Of a stretch of DNA of 64,000 nucleotides, positions 56,801-64,000 are shown in pieces (the stretch's first letter is position 1; every line of letters starts with the position of its first letter). Source of the stretch: a virus; the IMG/VR virus record IMGVR_UViG_3300042197_003251, positions 1 to 64,000 of that record; one strand, written 5' to 3'. A program made the position numbers and the translations under genes. Below the pieces are notes generated by a model. The model saw nothing but the letters and a program-made list of their open reading frames with translations, had not been told where the DNA came from and did no database searches.

Positions 56801-57320
56801 TTAATAATTGTGTTTCTATTTCTGTTAAGTTGTTAATTCCGACTTCATTTATTTTGTCAAGAATTTGGTCTAATGTTGGGGGTGTTAGTTTTTCCAACAC
56901 TTCTTCAATATCCGCAATTCTTTTTACAAAGTTTCTAATTTCTTCTTCGGTCATAGTACGATTTTCATTTTGTGGCTCCGATTCCAAATTATGTTCCATA
57001 CCTTGTGTCTCTGACAAAATGTCATGCTCTTCATCGGGTCCCATAAGTTGGTTACAAATTTCTTCGTCTTGTATTCCGAAAATAACATCTTCTGTAAGCG
57101 GCGTTATAAAATACATCGCCGAAAATAGTGACAAATAACTATATAGATGTTCATCAATTTTGTCTGAACTATCCAACGATTCAAAATTGAATATTCCTCC
57201 CGTTGCTCCTAACCTATATCTAACTTCACTAGTTGATATTCTAGACACAATTTCACCAATCTTTTCAAGAACAAAATCATTTTCATCATAAGTCCCGAAT
57301 ACAAATAATAGATATTTCAT
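56781..57320 (-). CDS. hypothetical protein
   Basis: C-terminal LDQILDKINEVGINNLT motif. Confidence 0.75.
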   Translation of the reverse strand: MKYLLFVFGTYDENDFVLEKIGEIVSRISTSEVRYRLGATGGIFNFESLDSSDKIDEHLYSYLSLFSAMYFITPLTEDVIFGIQDEEICNQLMGPDEEHDILSETQGMEHNLESEPQNENRTMTEEEIRNFVKRIADIEEVLEKLTPPTLDQILDKINEVGINNLTEIETQLLNEYSKG

Positions 57321-57369
57321 ATTTAATTTTTTACAAAAGTATTACTGAAGTTTCAATTTACCAAAAAAA

Positions 57370-59742
57370 CTAATTAACAATTTTACTGATGTTGTCAATT
57401 TTCTTTACTTTAATTGTGTTGTCAGCCCACTGCGAAATTAGTGGATTGTGGGTAATAACCAAAATATTTTCAAAATATTCTTTAATCTTAATGAAGAACT
57501 CATAAACCATTTCAAGATTGTCATTTGATATTTTTCCAAATACTTCATCAAATACGACTATATTAGGTTTGGGTAAAGAACAAACTTTTGATAAAACAGC
57601 CCTTAATGCTAATGATGCGATTGTTTTTTCATAACCTGAACCACTGGCCATTAATTTTTCAACTTGTGTATTATTATCAATCATCCAAAACTCAACTTCA
57701 TTTTTTTCAGATATTCTGACTTCCAATCTGAAATAACAAGAGTCTTGTAAAAGTCTTTGTAATTCTGAATTGATAAGTGGCATCATATTTTTCATTATTC
57801 TTTTTGAAATACCATTCTTACCATATAGTTCCAAATAGATTTTATATTTTGACTCTTTAGCTTGCTCGTCTTTTATTTTATCAATAAGTTCAAGATTTTT
57901 AATTACCTTTTCATTATTTTTAGATATTTCAAAATTCGCATTTGTTATTGTCCTTTCAGCATTTGATAATTCAGTTTTAAGTTCATTAATTCTGATGTCC
58001 GCCTTAACAATTAAACTATCGGTGTTATTATTCTTTTGAACAATGTCTTGAACCTCATAATACCTTTTAAGTTTATCTTCAAGTAATATTTTTTTGCTTT
58101 CCAAACTTTCAATTGTTGCCTGATACTTTTCAAATACAAGTTTATTTTTTTCATATTCATCAAACTCTTTTTTAAGTTGAATAAATCCTTGCTCTTTGCC
58201 TGATAATTCTTGTATTAACCCGTCAACCTTACCTTTCTGAGTAACAAAACCATCAAGTTCCGCAATTTTGGATTGGGTAATAGCTGCGTTCATAAGTTCA
58301 ATTCCACAATATTCACACTTTATTCCTCCGCTAACAGAACTTTTAAGTTTTTCAATTTCTTTAATTTTGCTCTCAACTTCAATCTTTGTTCTGAATTCTT
58401 TATTATATTCATCTTTGATTTTGTCGTGTTGGTCTTCGTGATAATATTCTTTTGGTTCAACGATTTTAACATTGTCTCGGTCATTTGTGTTCTTATCAAT
58501 TTCAAATTCATATTTTTTAATTTCATTTTTGGTGTTTTCTGGATTCAAAAGAGCAATTTCTTTGTCAACTGATACTTTAGATTTAAGAAGATTGTCTCTA
58601 TATTCCTGTCCTTTTTTTAATCTTTCATTTGCTTCTTCAACTTTTTTTTCACCTTCCGATATTACATTTTTCAGATTTTCGTTGTTTTCTTTAACTTGTT
58701 CAATTTCTTGTTTCAAACTTTCAGTATTATAAATGTTTGAAATCATAGATTTTGAAAATTCAGAATAAAGTTGTTTTCCCGTTTCTTCTTTTCTTTTAAG
58801 AAAATCTAACCCCAAAAATCTAGAAATAACTTGTCCTCTTGCCGTTGGTTTTGATTCAAGTAAATCCTCAAGATTACTTCCAGTTGTCAGGATTGTCATT
58901 AAAAAGTCATCATACTCACCAATTGATAGTTTGATAAAATTTTCAGTTTCTTTTCTTTGTTCTCCTGTAAATTTAACAAGTGAACCGTCAGGATATTTTT
59001 TAAAGAAGTCCAATTCAGTTTTGACATTCCATTCACCTGATTTTGCCTTTTTTCTTTCAAGTTCCCTTACAATTATGTAATCCTCACCATCAATAACAAT
59101 TTGTCCTTCAACATATACTTTATTGCTGTCAGAATACCTATTGAAAATTTCTTCAACCTTATTTGTCTTGGTTGTTGTATTAAAAAATAAAAACAATAAA
59201 AGGTCAACGGATAAAATTGTCTTTCCTCCAAAATTTGGTGGGTCCGATTCAATTACGGTAATTCCTCCAAGTTTTGAAAACTCAATTTTTTGTTTTTCAC
59301 CATATGATAAGAAATTTGAAAACTCAATTGTTTTAATATACCACTTTTTAAATGCTGGTATTTCTTCTTGTTCAGACAACATTTTATTTTCAACAGCATT
59401 GTCAATCTTAATAACTTCATCAAATAAGTCCGATTGTCCTTTTGATTCAAGAATACTTTTTAAAAGTTCATGTTGATAGTTTTTATCCATAATATTAATG
59501 GATACGTCAACATTGTCTTCTTTGTCTTCTTCAGATTTTTTAAGTTTGGTTACAACATTAACAGAGGTTGTGTTATATTTTTTCTGAAAATAATGTTTTA
59601 CACTTTTAAGTTTTTCTTGTGTAAAATTTTCAGGATAGTCTTCCCACACAACTTGAATTGGCGGATTATCCAATGTTGTTAAATCCAAATCTTTAATCAT
59701 TTTAATTTTTCTTAAATCTAATGGTTTACTGAATAGGTCCAC
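57370..59742 (-). CDS. SbcC/Rad50/gp46-like recombination ATPase
   Basis: NFLSYG, NFGGKT Walker A, CEYC hook, SGSGYE signature, VVFDE Walker B, VITH. Confidence 0.92.
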   Translation of the reverse strand: MDLFSKPLDLRKIKMIKDLDLTTLDNPPIQVVWEDYPENFTQEKLKSVKHYFQKKYNTTSVNVVTKLKKSEEDKEDNVDVSINIMDKNYQHELLKSILESKGQSDLFDEVIKIDNAVENKMLSEQEEIPAFKKWYIKTIEFSNFLSYGEKQKIEFSKLGGITVIESDPPNFGGKTILSVDLLLFLFFNTTTKTNKVEEIFNRYSDSNKVYVEGQIVIDGEDYIIVRELERKKAKSGEWNVKTELDFFKKYPDGSLVKFTGEQRKETENFIKLSIGEYDDFLMTILTTGSNLEDLLESKPTARGQVISRFLGLDFLKRKEETGKQLYSEFSKSMISNIYNTESLKQEIEQVKENNENLKNVISEGEKKVEEANERLKKGQEYRDNLLKSKVSVDKEIALLNPENTKNEIKKYEFEIDKNTNDRDNVKIVEPKEYYHEDQHDKIKDEYNKEFRTKIEVESKIKEIEKLKSSVSGGIKCEYCGIELMNAAITQSKIAELDGFVTQKGKVDGLIQELSGKEQGFIQLKKEFDEYEKNKLVFEKYQATIESLESKKILLEDKLKRYYEVQDIVQKNNNTDSLIVKADIRINELKTELSNAERTITNANFEISKNNEKVIKNLELIDKIKDEQAKESKYKIYLELYGKNGISKRIMKNMMPLINSELQRLLQDSCYFRLEVRISEKNEVEFWMIDNNTQVEKLMASGSGYEKTIASLALRAVLSKVCSLPKPNIVVFDEVFGKISNDNLEMVYEFFIKIKEYFENILVITHNPLISQWADNTIKVKKIDNISKIVN

Positions 59743-59908
59743 TTGTTTTTTCTGTCATCTTGTTCTCTGTCGAGGCACTCATTTCATCAAGATATTTCAT
59801 CATCTCACTTTCAAATTTTTTCGCGTAAGATTTTCTTGCTGCTTCAATTTTTTGATTTCTCGCTTTCACTTTTTGTTTGTGATTTTTTCTGTTTCGTGAT
59901 ACTGGCAT
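59726..59908 (-). CDS. small basic protein
   Basis: MPVSRNRKNHKQKV. Confidence 0.7.
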   Translation of the reverse strand: MPVSRNRKNHKQKVKARNQKIEAARKSYAKKFESEMMKYLDEMSASTENKMTEKTSGPIQ

Positions 59909-59920
59909 AATATATAAATT

Positions 59921-60280
59921 TTAATTGTTACTAGAAGAAGGTCGGTTCTGTTCAAACCATTCAATTATTGCGTTGATTGCCCATACAGCTCCTGATGATA
60001 ATATACCATCAAAAAACCAACTAATCCATAGGGGTAATGTGAAAATTTCTAAAGTTGGCGAATAAATGAACGCTCCAAGAAAAAATCCTCCCCAAGTAGA
60101 AAAACACATAGGGCAGGTTAAAATTCCTGAAATAAATCCTCCGACTGATTGAAATGGAGCATAATCATTATTTCCCCAATCAATAAAAAATTGTCTGAAT
60201 TTTTTAAATATGGAACCATACACCATAATGTTCATAAGCCCATAGCTTAAAATGAACCACGCTAAAATTTTTGTAATCAT
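59921..60280 (-). CDS. membrane protein (DUF1360-like)
   Basis: IF..FR, LTCPMCFSTW motif. Confidence 0.7.
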   Translation of the reverse strand: MITKILAWFILSYGLMNIMVYGSIFKKFRQFFIDWGNNDYAPFQSVGGFISGILTCPMCFSTWGGFFLGAFIYSPTLEIFTLPLWISWFFDGILSSGAVWAINAIIEWFEQNRPSSSNN

Positions 60281-60729
60281 AATCTTTCTTTTAAATTTGA
60301 GTTTTTAAGGTAAAAAGCATAAGAAGTTTTTGTTAAATTCTCAAGCTCTAACGTTTTTGCTGTTAATTCTTTTATTCTTGTATTCTTATCTCCAAGTTGT
60401 CTATTTAATTCCATTACAGTTTCTTGTAGTTTACCACATTCAATTTCTTTTTGATTTTCCAATTTTCCTTTGAGGACATAGATTTCATTTTGAAGTTCTT
60501 CAATCTTTGATGTGTCCTCAACTTTAACTTCCTTTTCAAATTCTCTGTCTATCACTTCTGGAAGTTCACCCTGATTTAACATCCCGTATTTCTCTATGAA
60601 AAATCCTTTACGAAAACATAACATCATAAACCCATTTATGTCGGTGATTTCATTTGCATCGCAGAATGATTGAATGTCAAACGAATCACTTTTATTAATT
60701 TCAATAATTAACGAATTTTTCTGCTCCAT
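60277..60729 (-). CDS. coiled-coil hypothetical protein
   Basis: 150-aa ORF. Confidence 0.75.
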   Translation of the reverse strand: MEQKNSLIIEINKSDSFDIQSFCDANEITDINGFMMLCFRKGFFIEKYGMLNQGELPEVIDREFEKEVKVEDTSKIEELQNEIYVLKGKLENQKEIECGKLQETVMELNRQLGDKNTRIKELTAKTLELENLTKTSYAFYLKNSNLKERL

Positions 60730-61480
60730 TTTCTATGTCCTCGTATGAATTAATTCTAAATGATAAGAATGGTTTTGGATTGTGTAAATCTATTGTTTGG
60801 TATTCATTTTTTTCAACATCATAAATTCCATATCCGTGTTTTGTTACGGTTTCCCCATAGTTTTGACAAATTGTGGAACCAATCATATACGCTTTCTTTC
60901 CCCCAGGAATATCAAATATTTGTCTTTTGTGAATATCTCCACAAAATACTAAATCACAACCTTCAAATTTTGAACTTTCAAACCCATCTTCAAATTTAAA
61001 TCCAAGATTTGTTGTGAGTCCCTGAACCGGTCCATGAAAAAGCCCAATCTTAACTCTATCTGATTTTTCAATATCAGGTGGGATGTTGTGGTCCATAAGT
61101 GAGTAAACACACCAATCAATATTTTCATCCTCATAAACCCCCCTGTTTTTATAATAAACCAAGTTGTTATTTTTAAGTGAGTCAACAACTGGTGTTAATG
61201 CGTCAAGTCTTTCCAAATTACTTTCAAGGAAGTCATGATTACCTGGTATAAGAATTGTTTTTGCAATTTTGGAACATTCACTTAACACCCAAGCAATAAA
61301 CTCAACAAGTTCAGGTGTCATTTGATTTTTTGAATGAACCAAATCTCCCGTAAATACTATTCGGTCAGGGGCAATTTTTTTCCATTGTTCAAAAGCATCT
61401 GTTAAAATACTTTTATAAAGTGTATGGTCTTTATACAACCTTATATGAAGGTCACTAAAATGAATAATTTTTTTTATCAT
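60701..61480 (-). CDS. SbcD/Mre11/gp47-like nuclease
   Basis: SDLH, TGD, GNHD, FHG, GDIH, GS..QNYGE. Confidence 0.9.
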   Translation of the reverse strand: MIKKIIHFSDLHIRLYKDHTLYKSILTDAFEQWKKIAPDRIVFTGDLVHSKNQMTPELVEFIAWVLSECSKIAKTILIPGNHDFLESNLERLDALTPVVDSLKNNNLVYYKNRGVYEDENIDWCVYSLMDHNIPPDIEKSDRVKIGLFHGPVQGLTTNLGFKFEDGFESSKFEGCDLVFCGDIHKRQIFDIPGGKKAYMIGSTICQNYGETVTKHGYGIYDVEKNEYQTIDLHNPKPFLSFRINSYEDIENGAEKFVNY

Positions 61481-61716
61481 TATAGTTCTATTTTTGGAGC
61501 GTCTTCAAAAAATGGATTTAAATCATCGTTTACATGTCCGCAATCTTTACATGCATAAGTTGGAAAAGGAACAATTGTATCTTGTTCTGAACCAGTTAAA
61601 AGTGCTGAAACTTTTTTTAACATTGTTACTTCGGTAAAAAGTTTACATCCACATTTTTCACAAGTAACAGGTGGAATTTTACTTAATTCAATTTTTGGTC
61701 TTATAATTTCGTTCAT
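61480..61716 (-). CDS. Zn-ribbon protein
   Basis: CEKC...CKDCGH. Confidence 0.8.
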   Translation of the reverse strand: MNEIIRPKIELSKIPPVTCEKCGCKLFTEVTMLKKVSALLTGSEQDTIVPFPTYACKDCGHVNDDLNPFFEDAPKIEL

Positions 61717-61753
61717 AATTTTTTATAAAATATAGTTTATTTTTCTTTAATAA

Positions 61754-62608
61754 TCAAATCAAATATTTTTTCATATCCATATCAAGAATGGTGTCAATGA
61801 CTTTTTGAGGAACTCTAAATTCTTCAAATTCTGAATCTTCTTTTAATAGAGTTATAATACATCCATATAGTTTTAAATTCTCATACTTTGTCCCTTCAAG
61901 CATTTTAAGTAATAACTTTCCGTAAAAAGGAAGTTGGAGGTAATAGTGTCCGAGCGCCGTATCATCAATATCACCGAATGGTTGTTTCATTTTTTTGGTG
62001 AATTTGGTTGGCATAAAGTTTTTTGGTTTATTTGTTTTATAGTCAGTTATCAAAAGCCCAAATTCATTACCTTTTTTATTTATTACTAGCCAAATTTTAT
62101 CAGGAGTACCGACATAACCAAATAATTGACTACCCAATATCATTTCAGTATCTAAAAGAACTACATTTCTGTCTTTCATTAATTTAAGAAATTTTTTACC
62201 AGCATTAATCATGCTGTCCCCTTTTAATATTTGAGTAAAATCACAATTAAATTCAGGTTTTCTAACAATTTTATCAATTTTAAAAATTTTATGGGACTCT
62301 TTTTCTAAAATATAGTGAACTCTACTACCCATATTTGTTGAGTAATCTCCAGCGGCAGCCCATTCCTCAATAAGTTGTTTTTTAAGTACAGGGTCTCCCT
62401 TAGATTTTTTTTCCGCAGCTTCATCAGTTGGGAATTCAAGATAAAACTTTTTTAAAACTTTAGATACTGAAGGCCAGTCACTCCTTAAATTACCATGTAT
62501 GTCTACCATAGTGTACTTATGTGTTTCTTCTTCAAAAGTTAATTGTAATTCTTTTTGTTTTTGGGAAATTATTTCCAATAATTCTTTTCTTACTTTATAT
62601 AAATCCAT
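61754..62608 (-). CDS. PD-(D/E)XK exonuclease
   Basis: PSVS, GSRVH, E, GTPD, DYKT, QL..Y. Confidence 0.88.
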   Translation of the reverse strand: MDLYKVRKELLEIISQKQKELQLTFEEETHKYTMVDIHGNLRSDWPSVSKVLKKFYLEFPTDEAAEKKSKGDPVLKKQLIEEWAAAGDYSTNMGSRVHYILEKESHKIFKIDKIVRKPEFNCDFTQILKGDSMINAGKKFLKLMKDRNVVLLDTEMILGSQLFGYVGTPDKIWLVINKKGNEFGLLITDYKTNKPKNFMPTKFTKKMKQPFGDIDDTALGHYYLQLPFYGKLLLKMLEGTKYENLKLYGCIITLLKEDSEFEEFRVPQKVIDTILDMDMKKYLI

Positions 62609-62609
62609 T

Positions 62610-63230
62610 TTAAACTATTTTATCACTTTTTTTATAATTTTCTTCGGCCCATAAAGGTTGTAAATTAGTATAGTGACACAAATTGTAAATCTCCTCCTCT
62701 GACTTTGCGGTTGATAGCGGTATTATGTGGTCAATGTGCCATCCATAAAATCCGTAATTATCCCAAGACATTCCATCTTTGAATTGTTTTTCAATATGTT
62801 CTTTAACAATTTCAGGTGTCGCTCCGACTATATCAAAAGTTTCATTATTTTTATTTATTTTTTTAGTTTTTAAAAATAATTTTAACCTATTTCTAATATT
62901 TGTTTTTAATTTGAAAATTAAATCATTATTATATCGGTTTTTTTCTCTTTTTGAAATTTTACTTCTATTATTTTTTCGGTATTCTTTTTCTTTTTCAGAA
63001 TATTTTTTGTGTTTTGCCTTGATACGTAATAGTTCTTTATCATGGTTTTTATAGTAATACTTTTTATAACCTTCTCTTTTTTTTTCTATATTTTTTAAAT
63101 AATATTCTTTGTGATATTTTCGTCTACACATTTTGCATTTAGACATAATACCAATTTTATTTCTACTATCTTTGTCAAACTCACATATATTTTTTTCTTC
63201 CCCACATTTTTTACAAATTTTTGTTTCCAT
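62610..63230 (-). CDS. HNH homing endonuclease with N-terminal Zn finger
   Basis: KICKKC...CKMC; GMSWDNYG..WHIDHIIPLS...HYTNLQPLW; paralog of 25118-25801. Confidence 0.9.
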   Translation of the reverse strand: METKICKKCGEEKNICEFDKDSRNKIGIMSKCKMCRRKYHKEYYLKNIEKKREGYKKYYYKNHDKELLRIKAKHKKYSEKEKEYRKNNRSKISKREKNRYNNDLIFKLKTNIRNRLKLFLKTKKINKNNETFDIVGATPEIVKEHIEKQFKDGMSWDNYGFYGWHIDHIIPLSTAKSEEEIYNLCHYTNLQPLWAEENYKKSDKIV

Positions 63231-63372
63231 ATTGTTTGTAATTTTCTAATAATTCATTTACTAAAGAGGAAAGATTAATATGGTAATTCCTATAATACCT
63301 TAATAGTTCGGGTTTAATTGCGATAGAAATACTTTGTTTTTTTTCTTCATTATTTTTTTTTACTTTTCCCAT
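63211..63372 (-). CDS. small ribbon-helix-helix-like protein (53 aa)
   Basis: MGKVKKNNEEKKQSISIAIKPELLRYYRNYHINLSSLVNELLENY; TATTTAT-N5-ATG; overlaps HNH start. Confidence 0.75.
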   Translation of the reverse strand: MGKVKKNNEEKKQSISIAIKPELLRYYRNYHINLSSLVNELLENYKQYGNKNL

Positions 63373-63427
63373 ATTATATAAATATATTAATTTTCATAAA
63401 AATTGTTAAAATTAACAATTTTTAAAT

Positions 63428-63769
63428 TCATAAATTAGAAAAAAAATTTTTTAAATAAAAAAATAGAAAAATAATAAAAATTATTGAGCAGTATATTCCA
63501 ACTAAAAAAGTGAATATATATAATTTCTTACCGGTGTTAACTCTCTTTACTTTAATCCTGTAGTTCGGACCTTTTAACTTCATCAGAGCACAATATCTAT
63601 GGTTCCCATCAATAATTTCATTGTCTTTTGACACAAAAATATAATCTCCATCATATTTAAATCCCTCCCTTAAAATTACATTTGTCATTACATTTTTTCG
63701 TTTTGGGTATATGTATTGGGTGCAACATAAATCACCAACATTTACTTCATCAATAGTTTTTTTAAACAT
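63428..63769 (-). CDS. ParB/Srx-like domain protein with C-terminal TM
   Basis: IIDGNHR motif; hydrophobic tail. Confidence 0.65.
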   Translation of the reverse strand: MFKKTIDEVNVGDLCCTQYIYPKRKNVMTNVILREGFKYDGDYIFVSKDNEIIDGNHRYCALMKLKGPNYRIKVKRVNTGKKLYIFTFLVGIYCSIIFIIFLFFYLKNFFSNL

Positions 63770-63770
63770 G

Positions 63771-64000
63771 TTAATAATTCATTTTATAATAAAAATTGTT
63801 TATATCACCTTTTAAATCACAAACATCTTTGTCTGTTGGTAATTTTAATATTTTGATTTTCCCTCCGAGTTTTCCCCCGTTAAGTTGATTATATATTCTT
63901 TTTGCATTATCCCACGCATCCCCATCAAGACAAATAATAATGTCATTTTTTGATTTTTCATATAGTTCTGTAAATAATAATTCAGGAAGAACTTTTCCCA
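63771..64000 (-). CDS. DNA primase, C-terminal TOPRIM part (partial)
   Basis: GK..., IIICLDGDA, LPTDKD read manually. Confidence 0.75.
   Translation of the reverse strand, partial: GKVLPELLFTELYEKSKNDIIICLDGDAWDNAKRIYNQLNGGKLGGKIKILKLPTDKDVCDLKGDINNFYYKMNY

Noticed and set aside
61754-62608. Cas4 call
   Set aside because: No Fe-S cysteine cluster and no CRISPR context; generic PD-(D/E)XK exonuclease
1-64000. Alternative genetic code
   Set aside because: Conserved genes are full length under code 11 and coding density is high
1-64000. Cellular chromosome origin suggested by dnaK, dnaJ, nusG and sigma
   Set aside because: These genes lack their usual operon neighbours and lie among phage-type hypothetical genes, homing endonucleases and gp46/47-like genes

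Overview
AT-rich, densely coding 64 kb segment, mostly on the minus strand, of a large (jumbo-type) dsDNA phage. The host is probably in Bacteroidota, based on TAnnTTTG promoters, a T9SS type B sorting-domain gene, an Hc1/histone-H1-like gene and a Bacteroidota-type sigma factor. Recognisable genes include nusG, dnaK, dnaJ, a sigma70-type factor, SbcCD (gp46/47-like), a primase end, three DNA methyltransferases (one paired with a probable restriction endonuclease), thioredoxin, glutaredoxin, a Dps-like protein, several phosphoesterases, cell-wall enzymes and nine homing-endonuclease genes or fragments. The non-coding content is rich: tRNA-Glu, tRNA-fMet, a tRNA-Leu(UAA) split by a group I intron that carries an HNH gene, two aberrant tRNA-like RNAs, an HNH gene enclosed in a tRNA acceptor-stem shell, an ~860-nt GOLLD-like RNA behind three tandem promoters and a boxA-like motif, an unassigned ~540-nt structured RNA, and smaller structured RNAs. 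Features missed by the ORF track include three small ribbon-helix-helix-like ORFs each coupled to a homing endonuclease, two independently transcribed GCGC-motif mini-genes (49 and 15 aa), and two promoter classes positioned for leaderless translation. All calls come from reading motifs by eye; no database searches or folding programs were run.
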